Positions 1-11,438 of a stretch of DNA of 64,000 nucleotides are shown here, one piece after another; the first letter of the stretch is position 1; each line of letters starts with the position of its first letter. The DNA lies in contig JAYWIR010000004.1 of the NCBI GenBank assembly GCA_036172245.1, positions 310,001 through 374,000 of the forward strand, written 5' to 3'. The DNA comes from Raillietiella orientalis (lineage: Eukaryota). A model generated the notes under the pieces. That model was not told where the DNA came from. It did not search any database and saw only the letters and a program-made list of their open reading frames with translations. A program made the position numbers and the translations under genes.

Positions 1-194
1 CTAAACGATCAGCCACACGGCAATCAGATCTCCAATGTCGCCACCACATGGAACAGCTGAACCAACCTGCAACGAAACCAATCTTCCCAGATGGAAGCTG
101 TTTCCGCTGCCGAGCAAGCGTATGGAAGAGACTCTGATCACTCCGTCCATCTGGTCACTTTTGAATGGTCTCTGAAGCATTCCCAGCGTTGCGA

Positions 195-560
195 ATGGCA
201 CGTCTTAGAAAAAAATGGCTTACGGATGACAGATTCGCGGACAGGCTGAGGAAAAATTTGGATTCAGATTCCTTCGATACTTCTTCACCCGAGTCGCTTC
301 GGTGTCTGAAGACATAGCATGCGAAACAGATGATTCCAACGAAACTGCACCGCAGTCTCCTTCCGAAGTTTCCGGCCTTGGTAAATTAGCGAACACGCAG
401 ATCGATCTTTCGAAGGAATCGAAGGAGGAAAAACGTGGAATGTTTCGTGTGTGTTCCAGGGCCGTTCGAACACGAGGGTCGCGTACTGAAATCCAAGCCG
501 ATGTTTAATCGGAAGGCTCAGCTTTCAGAGCAGCGATTGGCATGGATACACTTCCCATAG
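195..560 (+). mobile_element. Possible internally deleted piggyBac-like transposase relic
   Basis: MARLRKKWLTDD... plus an acidic S/D/E stretch (piggyBac-like N-terminus), followed by KRGMFRVCS (Cys-rich tail relic); broken frames and no clear TIR. Confidence 0.22.
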
Positions 561-3500
561 GCTAATGCTGGGTTGCCAGCTCCATTTTCTTATCCGGAAA
601 TAACATGAGCGGATTCATTTCTGCCCACGACAATTATTTTTAGTTCCTAGTAGTAGAAGGCAATTGAGCAATTTTCTTACTAGCAATAAACTGGTTTAGT
701 AAACATGTAGTAGGAACTACTTACCTCGATCTTTTTTTCTTTTTTTTTTGACCCCTCTGAACGATAGTTAATGATTCCGTTTGAACTGAAAATCATGCAT
801 CCGCGAGTGGCAACCGCAATAAAAAAAAAAAAACACGTGGACGATAAGAACCCCATCGTACAAGGAAATGCATATCTTCAGAGGGTCTTTCCATCGAATC
901 CAAGAGTCCAAAGTTTTACTGTTACTTTATGGGTATCAGTGGCTTAAAAACAGAGTGAAATGCTTTCTTCGTGCAGTTGCAAGGGAAGAGAGAGAGAGAA
1001 GAAGAAAAATGTAACACGTATGTTTGTTGTTCATCGCGATCCCGATTGTATGCTAATGTGAGTTACGGTAAAGAGACGTGTTTCTTTCTGAAAACATTTG
1101 TGTGTCGGTCTCGAATTTCTATTCAGGAAGGTAATCAATCGCCTCACTTATCATGTGTGTCCGTGTCGGTCGATCACCGTCGTCCAACGCTTCAAGCTGT
1201 ATTCACTAGCACAAGTTCAATAATTCCCAACTCAAAATGTGGTTTTGTTTATCCTGCTGTGCCAGGAACAATCTTAGAGATTACTTTCCCATATATGTTC
1301 CTGGCACAGAGATATTTCAAGGGATCTCTAAGATCACTTTGAAATATCTCGGTGACAACTGATGGACAGAACTGCTGCTGATTCGAAAACGTTTTTTGTA
1401 ATTAGCCAAATCTATTTTTTTTTTTTCTACTAAAATCCAGTTCCATGAACTTGGAGTTCGTGCCCCAGCTTTGCCCCAAGTACTGACATGAATAAGAAAA
1501 TGAGGCAGACATGAAAGAGGAAACAACACCATAAAAAAAAATAATTTTGAAATACATGAGTATTGAGAAAGGGAGGAGGAGGAGAAACAAAATATAATAG
1601 ATTTCCACCCATCATATCGAGGAAGAAACTTGTGGACATCGGATTATTTCTAACATTTTATTTGTCTGGAACAACTGTAAATCAGTAACACATACAGATA
1701 TTTTTTAAAAAGAATGGAAAGTGCAGTAAATCACTACAGGACAATTTCGTGCTTGTGATCCGCTGCATGGAAATGTAAACGCTAATACGGTCACATAAAA
1801 TTGACCTCCAAATCTACCGATTTTTGATCTCGGTAGGACAACTTTCTGGTTCCGCTGATATCTTTCGATTAATTGCAATTTTTTTTACTATATCCACAAG
1901 CAAAGTTTTTCCTTTGATAATAAAACAAGTCGATGGTTCTCAAGTTCTCCCCTTTTAATCGCATATCCCCAAATGAGTTTCAGGATGAGATTTTGAATCG
2001 GAAGTTGCGTTTTAAAAGTTTAGGAGAATGAAGCATCCCGGAAATGCAAAAAAATGTAGACCGAGGAATAAACGATAACTGTTGACAGCTTCATACAGCA
2101 ATAGTAACCTCATAGCTCTGTATACAGCATTGGGAATCGCTTTCAAATATTCTTAGTCAAATCAGGATCGCGATTAAGGATATGAAGTATTTTCATGGTT
2201 TGTCTGCGTGTTTGACCCTGGAAGGACTGTGAGGCAGCACTTTTCACGCGTCCTTGGGGACAACGAATTCCGTGCGCTCCCGTTAGTGAGAGCTTCTTCA
2301 GTTGCTGGGAATGATGGTCACAAGAAGTCGTGTGAAGATCATAGTTTCCAAAACATGATGCATAGCATCTGTGGGGGTTTTAACACATTGTGTCTTTCAG
2401 ATTTGCTCTCGCAGCATGCCCGTTCAAAATTCTGTGACTTCGACTGACACATCTTTAGAACATGGAATGCTACACGTATTCGCCTGATTCAAATACTCAA
2501 GTTTGAGATTCTATGACCACTTGAGGGATATATGGACATGAGTCCCGAGTACTCACCGATAGTGTCCTCGAATCTTGGCACCGTTCACTTATGAGTCCAC
2601 TTCCAGAGTCCACACAAAAACTCCTGAACACCAACAGCAATGTTGTGCGTCCTGTCACCAAATTCTCTGCGTGAGTGCACACTGCTGTCTCCGTTGCCCC
2701 CTCCTTCATGGGTCATCAATGATTTTTGAAGCTGAACTGTGATCAAATTAGTCACAGTTTTCTCTTGGGCGTTCAAAGGGAAAATCACAACCTTCAATCT
2801 GAAGAATCTCATTTGACCAAATAAAGAAATATGTAAAAAGAAAAAAAAAGAAAGAAAGAATGCAACTATTTAGTTAAAAATAATCAATGACAGAAATTCG
2901 AAGGGTAGGAAAAATATAGCGACTAATAGTTTGAGGAAAGTTGGTTCACATTTTTGGCACATCAAGCTGATAGAAAATTTTCAAAAATTTCTCACAACCA
3001 ATCCACCCCAATCCCTTTTGTACAAATAATAACTGCAGAAACTTTTTCCTGGGAGGACTAAGATAAGAAAGATATGAGTATTCCTCTGTTCGTCGAACTG
3101 CCCTGGTTCCATGCATGTTGCTCACCATTTACTGCCGCTAACCATATACATGCAACTCCAAATATAAAGTTAACTTCAAATCCGACACAAGAAAGAAAAA
3201 GCCAAAAAAAAACATGAAATAGTTTGCTTTTAAATGTATATGAAACTCCTCATTTTATGGACTCCCTAACAGTATTTTGGGGCATTCAGAGATCTGGAGT
3301 TGATTGTGAATTCTGAAGAAAACAAATGTCTTCTTTTAGTCGGTTACTGTTTATTGCAGCTTCACTAACTCACCATTTTTCCACAATTCCCTTTTGGAAT
3401 GAGGAAACCTTACGCTTTGATTTTGAATGCCTTAATCCAATCATTGTCTAATAACATCCATGGAAATGGCAATTTTTTTTCTTCTCCATTTTATCCCTAA

Positions 3501-5313
3501 TTATGAGATTTCAGCGTTTTGACATGTCCCTCAATGGGTTCACATCCAAGATATCGAAGCAAACTAATAACCTGCCAGCATTCCTGCATTTCATGTGTGG
3601 TAAACTTTGAAAGAAGGAATCCCGGGAACGGACTCTTAAGGAGTTATTCAACTAGTTATCGTATTCATCCCAATCTGCTTCATGGAGTATGCTGGTGAAA
3701 CGTATAAGCAGATGAAAAGTGGTAGGCAATGAGCCCCAAGCCACATAAGGGAAGCAGCCTACTTGGATACGATTTCTTCACAGTGCACAAAGTTATTCAC
3801 ATCAAGTTACAATGTTGAATTCTTTCCTAGAGTAGAATGCTGTGCTATGAAAAAACCGAAAATTCACTAAATGAAATTAAAAATGCAATTGTATTACGTT
3901 CAAAGTTTAAACGGTGTGCCAGTTTAGATTTGTTTCTGAGAATTTCCCACTGTCAATATCCGTAAACAGCTGTGCAGAATTCTGAAATCATAAACTGCTT
4001 AAGTAGTACGGTAGGAGCTGCTATGAGCATTTCCTATGTAGTCTTTTTACGGGTAAAGCCTTTTGTCAGTGTTGGCTTAAGCAACGTCCTCATCATTTGC
4101 AAACTCCGCTTCGAAATGGATTACTTTTTTGTTTCCAAAATTTTCAACCACATCAAAGGCATGCTTACTGCCGGCACTCAAGGTAAACTAATTTCAAGAC
4201 TCTCAGAAGGTTATGCAAAAGCTCATGCATATATGGAGGGACATCTCCAGTTATCAAAAGATGGCAAAGTCATCTTGGTTATCTTTTGATAAGTTGCCTT
4301 GGTGTGTCAAACCAGCATTGTTAAAATAGAGGGTGTGGTCGAACAGGTGAGGATGCAATTTTCAACGTGGTAAACGCATAAACCCATCCATCCCATTGGA
4401 AGGCTCTAGGACGGGTCCTGCTCGGTTATGCTGGTAGCACTTCGTACATCCGCTTTTGCACGTGAAGTTCGACTGAACACGTAAGTTGTAACCTGCTAGG
4501 AGCCTCTTCGAGCAGATCGGTTAAAAAGATGTCACCTGTTGGAGAGTTTGCAAGACTTTTCCGACACCCCAAGGCTGAATGCTGGAAACATTTTGCAATC
4601 ATGTGGATAATTTCAAGAAATAATTTGAAAGATTTCACGACAATCGGAACTTGCAGGGCGGTCAAATGGAACCTTTAGTCACAAGATAATGCACGACCAC
4701 AAAAGATGACCATCCGGTTACTCCAAAACATCGAAACATACGGGAGCTTTTGGAGATACCAAAAGAAATATACACACCTGGAAAAACTTTATTTAACTGG
4801 CAATTCAACAAAAACCTTCAAATGCCTCTGATAAGGTTTTTAAAGCTGTGATAAGCTGAAAAGCTGCTGCTCTAAATAAAAGTTCAATATCTTCGACTGT
4901 ATTAAGCTATAGATTAATACAATTATTTACATATAAAATCAAGTTTATTATCTGGACAGACTGTATGGGGCATCTCATACAAACGATATGCACATACTTG
5001 CATGCACCAAATATGAATGACAATAAAAATGAATTAATTTTTGGCTCACAGCACACAAAGCACTGGCAATATTTCTTGCTAGTAAGATTGCACTGCATTT
5101 TATTCTCAACACTTTTCAATCTAAAGCTAAGGGGCTGAAATCGAAGATTCTATGACTGGATTGCAAAATTTACTTGAATTTAATTTATGGAAAACAACCG
5201 TCCATGCATGGCAACATGTTTGGGTACATGGAACATACTGATAGTAATTCAGAAAGTTGCTGTCAGATGATATCAACAGAGATCTAAGAAGGAAATCACA
5301 CAAATGGAAGCAA

Positions 5314-8300
5314 TCATCTATTGATATGTAGCTTAGCTGCATGCAGCATATATTCCCACTTGTTGCACAAAGTGGGCAACACAGACATCAACAAACAGAC
5401 AGAGTCCTCTTTGGTCACATCTAAGTGTATTTTTCCCTTGATCTCATATAAAGTTGAAATTAATTGAGAAAATCCTTGCTGAAAGATGACTGGATATTTC
5501 AACATACTTGAGTCTTTCAATTACTCACTATGTGTGCACAGTTGACTAAAAGGTCTTCATCCAATGCCAAATCAACAAGAGCAAACACAGTCAACAGAAA
5601 ATAGTAGTCAAAAATTTCACGCCAACGGAATTTGCGTAACACTGCAATCAAGTGACATGGATATACATATTCTGTAAGGATATGTGTTTTCTCTGGCTCA
5701 CAAAGATCTTGCAAAATCATGAATGCTAATAAATGAGTAAGTTGCTGTCCTCGTTTAGTAAAGGGCATTAAACGGCATACATGCAGCCTGTTATGGTGAT
5801 GATCAAAGCGGCGCATAAGCAAGCAACATAGGTATATTTTCTGTAAAAAGCATTCTAAAGCTGAAAAAGAATACCATATAAAAATCCAAGAATCCATACT
5901 TTGCCATTTCTGTTGTTTGAAGACCACCAGGAGTGCTCTGAATATGCTTCCAAAAGAATACAAATGCACTGACGCAATTCATCTTCTAAAATAAAATCAT
6001 ATCGCACTTTTTCTTCTAATGCCAGGGTAACAAAAACATGCAAGAACACATCTAGATCTTCAATAGGATATCTATGAAGATATAAACGCATGACATGACA
6101 TAGCTAGTAAGAAAACTATATAGCAGCTACACAAATTTCAACTAAATACCTGAAAAACTTGATATCTTGGAAAACATGTATTCAAAGAAGTAAACGAATT
6201 CCGAGCAGGTAAAAAGTAGTGGGATGAAAATGCCTTCTGCAAAATGTCCCATGTGAAGCCTGGAAACAATAAAATTTTTGTACAGCCATTCAACACAGTC
6301 AGATCTAGTTCCACATATATCTACAGACTACACAAAGAAAAAGCGAATAATCCCTAAAGTTCTGCAGCTAGGAAAGCTTACATGATTAAAACACTAATAA
6401 ACATGTCTACCTGTTGAGTGTATGACTCAATAAATGCATTCAATAAACAAACATATAATAGTGTACTAGATAATGCGAAAGCACAATCTTTATCATCTTT
6501 TTTGCTAAGAATCTAAACAGAATGCTACATACACAATGTCTTGTTTACATCCTTAGTAATAACATATTAAGAAATCTATTTCTTATTGCAGAATTACCAT
6601 TCCTCGGAAATGATAATACTGCAAAACTGGTTATTGCTTGTGGTTCTAGCACAATACAAAGGAACATTTGGGTACAATTCTTGTGCCTATGAACTTGTTT
6701 CAAAATTATTTCCCTGATGCTTAATTCTGAATTTTACAGTGAAAACAGTCTGCCAGTATTTATACATTAAGTAATTTTTACATAAATCTGTGGATACAGA
6801 ACATTTGTAAATGGAACAAAAATCCCACATATCAAGAAATTAGTGCACTAATATGTGAAAGATACTACATACCTAAATTACCTAACACAAGTAACATATA
6901 CCTTAAAGATGGATACCATAAAGAATGTTTCAAGTGTGCCAATTCATAAAGTAAATGAGAACCTCTTTCCAGTGTTACTTCTGGAATTTCAACCAATCCG
7001 AACAGCAAAAAAAAATATTTCATAAAGGGCTGGACTTCCTGATCATTTGAAAATGCAGCCTAAATACGAAATTATGGAATGAATATGACTTGTACTTAAA
7101 AAATGCAAACAATCCACACATGCATCAAATGGTCCTCTTATGATTATGAACAGAATCAAATTTGTGCTTCACTTTGATTATTAATCATAAAAATTTTTAT
7201 TTTCAACATTTTACAAAATCTCATTCAAATGCACAACAATTTGCATACACTGCTACATAACTTCCTAAATTTTGCTCCTTTAATGACTTGAACAAGCTTG
7301 AAAGCATGAGCTCACATAGCACCCTTAATTCCTTTTTAAAAAAAAACTTATTGAGAAGTTCAAGGCAGTTTCTTTTCAAAAGAATATTAAGTTAAACACA
7401 GCTCACATATATTTGTGCTTAAGTTGCATATTGCATGGTGCATTTTAAACTTTCTCAGAATCAATTCAATCATTTTAGAAGTATCAACGCTGTGTAACAC
7501 AAAGACAAAAAACACCTACCTCTAACTCCTCACTTAAACATTCTCTTATATAGCTTACCACCTTGTTTCATTACTTAATATTGGATTTTAATTGAGATTA
7601 CTATTAGTATTGAGATTATTAAGATATGTAAACTATTTTAGTTTGCCTCATAAATTTAAATTTAAATAATCTACATTTCATTATTTCTGAGTGCATAACA
7701 TTGACCAAAAAGACTTTAAAACAAAACGAGAGGCATCTTGTTTAAAAATTCCTGCTTAAAAATGGCCACAAACAATACAACCTACAATGCATATCTGAGC
7801 ATCAATCATACTGTTTAAACTTCATACCATAAATGTGGCATCAAGAAAACATTGATCATGCAGCAATTTTTTCATCAATTTTTGGATACTGGATGCAGGA
7901 TTAGGTAATTTCTGAACCCATCTTGGAAGAGCACACTTAAGCATATCTAAAAAGGACACATCTTTATAGTTATAAAAAAACAAGTTTCCAAAAATTATGC
8001 ATTAATTCTTAATGTCTCAACCATGTTAATCAGTGTACAAATTAGTAATAGTATTTTTCCTGAATAATCAATACTACATTAATGCTATATTTTCTAATAT
8101 TAGGTCACCTACTGTTCCTAAAATTTCTAAGTAGTTCGATTTAATATTCACATAGAATTAATTCATACCCAAATGATCATAACGCATGAATCTTTTTACA
8201 ACTAATCTGTCTGATTTCTAACTTTCGGATGACCCAAAGATAATGAATAAGACACACATTACTGCAATCATGATAATGGTATATTTAAACAGCAGAGACT

Positions 8301-9100
8301 TCCTATAATCTAACTGATTCACATTCTTCAGTTCTTGGAATTTTGCAAGAGCTTGCCAAAATGCCAGTACCTACTGAGTAATACATACAAACTATAATTA
8401 CATTAGATCAAATGAAATGTCCGAAGTAAATGATAATTGCACTCCCTTATTAAAGACATACTAGGACCACTATGCTTGTTAGTTGATTCGACTTCATCTC
8501 CTACTTATGAGATGCCTAACTAAATAAGGATCACTACAACAGTAAGTGTATTCCTTGGAATCTAAGGAAAACTGCATGAAACAACATGCAAGATTCTACA
8601 TATTTAGCAGATTTATAAAGCATGCTATGAAAATGTCACAAATAAGATGATGCATCTGTCATAAAAGGCACTGCTTACCTAATGAATAGTAAGATCCAAC
8701 CAATTTTGTAACAAATACAGAAATTCCAGGATGAAGTAAATCACTTTCTGAAACAAATTGACAGTCATTCTGTTCTGCCAACAGATCAGCATCACTGGAA
8801 GAATAACTGAGATCTGCTGCACATTAAAATAACTGAATGCTAGTTGTTAATTAACCATTTATTCCATTCTTCAGCTCATTTTCCATAAATGCTAATTTTT
8901 TCATGAACGAATGATCTTGATTTTCATTCAACAAATAATCAAGGGAAAATTCATAATTTTTTTTTTTAAGAAACGCATCCTTTGCCTTGTTGTCCACCTC
9001 TACAAGAAATTCCATTCATGGGCTTTATTCTTTTCATGGGCTTTATTCCTCCCTCACCTCGTTTTTTCCGTTTTCGGCATATCGGCTTCTTTGAATCCAT
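5314..9100 (-). CDS. SLF2: SLF2/FAM178-like protein (SMC5/6 localisation factor, CANIN domain), ~507 aa, 12 predicted exons
   Basis: Phase-consistent GT-AG exons: 9100-9058, 8999-8856, 8813-8679, 8370-8315, 8217-8169, 7946-7828, 7059-6902, 6353-6325 (least certain), 6259-6150, 6103-5900, 5840-5529, 5478-5314 (sum 1524 nt). The translation has an N-terminal basic patch (RKRKKR) and, in the expected order, YEFSLDYLLNE, HPGISVF, WYPSL, LALEEK, DHHHNRLHVCRLMPFTKRGQQL and DYYFLLTVFALV, which resemble conserved FAM178/SLF2 segments as I recall them. Confidence 0.72.
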
Positions 9101-9834
9101 GTACTGATACTGTACAACTCACAGCCAAAGATACGGCCGCCACGTTATATATATATTATTTTATTTTGGGGTCTTGCAAGCTTTCAGTTAGATCATAGAT
9201 AATGCGGCTAACAAATAACTATAAACAAATCATGGTACAATGGCGGCACGATTCGATGTTGTCCCAACAATGGAAGAGCTCCCAATTGTACAACTTTTGT
9301 GGCTTCCCTCCGGCTTCCAAATACATGCATGCACAAAGCATAGTTTCGAAGTAATTACGTAATGTATGGACAGATGCTCGACCTCACCTAATTTGATTTA
9401 GCAGTCCATCTTAAGGATTTCCCGCCATCCCCATCGATGTACATGAGAAGGCGCTTCGCTCGAACTCGCGCTTCGACGTTCCGAAGTGTAAGGGAAGCAC
9501 CTGCTGCAACCAAACTTTGCATCCAAAAAGCTAAAAAGGGAAACTTGCAGACTGAATTTCTTCATCTGGCATTTTGGTGCCCGACCTTTCTCATCACCAC
9601 AAAACAATCACACGATGCTGATAATTTGTAAATAGCTCGACTGTGCACAGTCAAGTGAAGTGTCGTGGAATTGAGTTCTCTTTCAAAGGGTTGGGACCCC
9701 AAATGAGTCGGGACCTCCTCATCTTCTGTCTTGGGAATTACAGAAGCATGTAAGAAAGATACAGATCCTCTGAAAATCAGTCTGGGAGCTAGGAGCATCC
9801 AGAGATGAAGGAGAAAAGCCTGGAATGTTCTGGA

Positions 9835-10059
9835 ATGTGTCAAAGAGGTACGGATATCAAAAGTTATACTCGATGAAAATCATCGGTCGTGAATGATATA
9901 ATTCTCAAAAGAAAGCCTTCTGTGAAGAAAGTTATATTATTTAGCCAGTAAATACAGAATATAAGCGCTATTGTTAGGCTTGCTTTTGAAAATTATATCA
10001 TTCACAACCGATTATTTTCATCGAGTATTATTTATGATATCCGTACCTCTTTGACACAT
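9835..10059. repeat. Long inverted repeat (~84-bp arms, ~57-bp spacer), MITE-like or foldback
   Basis: atgtgtcaaagaggtacggatatc...aagcct (9835-9918) is the reverse complement, with scattered mismatches, of aggct...gatatccgtacctctttgacacat (9976-10059). Confidence 0.85.
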
Positions 10060-10358
10060 GTTTCTAGGATTTTCAAGACCTACAAGTCTACGTGTGTGTG
10101 TTTTTTTTTTTTAATTTGAAATAGTTTTAATGCATAAGAGAGTTCGCATTTTTACATTCTTGTTATTTGACAGTTTTGCAGTATTTTTCTTGAATAAGAA
10201 TTTGTCTCGCCCCATATCGCCTCAGATCTACGATGGTTTTCCCAAATATTTTCCATTCACTTTAACTCCAATCTGAACACTTCATTATATAAAAGCACTG
10301 TAGTTACTCCTGTGGTTTCAGACTGGAGTCATTTAGAGAAGCAATTATATAATGGAAA

Positions 10359-10578
10359 AAAAATGAAGCCTTCAGTAGCAATTTTGCACTAAGATCGTAT
10401 ATGGTAGCCATTCTAATGGAAAATCGAATCACGAAATCGATGTGGTTGTTCCTTCAGTGACAGATGCTGAAAATTTTCGAAGCAAAATCTTTGCCATTGA
10501 TTTCGTGACTTGATTTTCCATTAGAATAGCTACCAGATACGATCTTAGTGCAAAATTGCTACTGAAGGCTTCATTTTT
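10359..10578. repeat. Long inverted repeat (~84-bp arms, ~52-bp spacer)
   Basis: aaaaatgaagccttcagtagcaattttgcactaagatcgtat... (10359-10442) pairs with ...atacgatcttagtgcaaaattgctactgaaggcttcattttt (10495-10578). Confidence 0.9.
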
Positions 10579-10957
10579 AGTAGGCTTCATTTGTGGTTGT
10601 TCCTACAGTGACAGATGCTGAATTTTGTTTATTTTTATTTATTTTTTAAGCACACAGAGAGCGTCTATGCAGGCAGAGGTGAGTAACAGTCACAACCAGG
10701 ATGCACTTTGATGACCAAGGAGTAGTTTCGTCCATGGAATTTCGGGATGTAGTTTTTTATATTCCCATGTGGGTTCTCCTGCTTTCATCCATTTATTTGT
10801 AGAAGGAATCAAAGCGTCCATTGTTTAATGGGCTGCACTTGCTGGCATTGCAAATATAGATTGCACGAATCACAGATTCCTTGTTTTAATTTTGGAAATG
10901 AAACCTAGGCAGAACAATAAGCATTGTTTGTACTGGCCACCGTTGGTTGGAACACTC

Positions 10958-10993
10958 GGATATTTATAGCATCCGTGAATGCTATAAATATCC
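10958..10993. repeat. Perfect 15-bp hairpin, 6-nt loop
   Basis: ggatatttatagcat-ccgtga-atgctataaatatcc. Confidence 0.85.
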
Positions 10994-11249
10994 CTGAAGG
11001 TATTTTTAGCATATAAATTCGAACTCTCTTTTATAATGATTCTTGGATGACTCATGTATTGATTGCTATCAAAAGGAAAGACAGGGGCAAAAATGATTCA
11101 TAAAAAAAATAGCTACAAGTATTCCATATTGGAAACCATCAAAAAATTATCGTTTGTTCTTTCTGAAAAGTTCTGGAGCTTTCCGTAAATAGGAATTCAA
11201 TTAGCCACACAATAGGAATAAAGAAAATAGTTACTTTCCCACGGAATGC

Positions 11250-11438
11250 AAGTAATGATGAGGTTCAAGTGAGGAATTTTCCGATGAGGATGACATAGAA
11301 ATTGTGAAGAGAACGAAAGAATTGATGGGGAAATGCATTAAAAACCTAATGATGCTCAAGATGGTGGGGATGATAAAACTCCGCGGCTACAAAGATGGAA
11401 CGGTTCGTGTTGAACTACAAGGAGCTTGTTCTGCATGA
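11250..11438 (+). pseudogene. Decayed NifU/Nfu-family Fe-S carrier fragment, alphaproteobacterial (Wolbachia-like)
   Basis: With small frameshifts it reads EEFSDEDDIEIVKRTKELMGKCI-KPNDAQDGGD-LRGYKDGTVRVELQGACSA*. This is the Nfu domain (DGGD...LQGAC), with the second Cys of CxxC replaced by TGA; no introns. Confidence 0.75.

Noticed and set aside
2160..3800. Short open frames with some splice-like sites
   Set aside because: I could not assemble a phase-consistent gene or recognise a product.
4150..4290. GYAKAHAYMEGHLQLSKDGKVILVI, resembling the glycerophosphodiester phosphodiesterase DVQLSKDG motif
   Set aside because: Isolated motif with catalytic residues missing and no supporting exons; possible relic only.
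10720..10780. Minus-strand EYKKLHPEIPWTK, like the DUF86/HepT HPEIPW motif
   Set aside because: Single short motif with no downstream RxxxxH; worth including in the endosymbiont blastx but not called.
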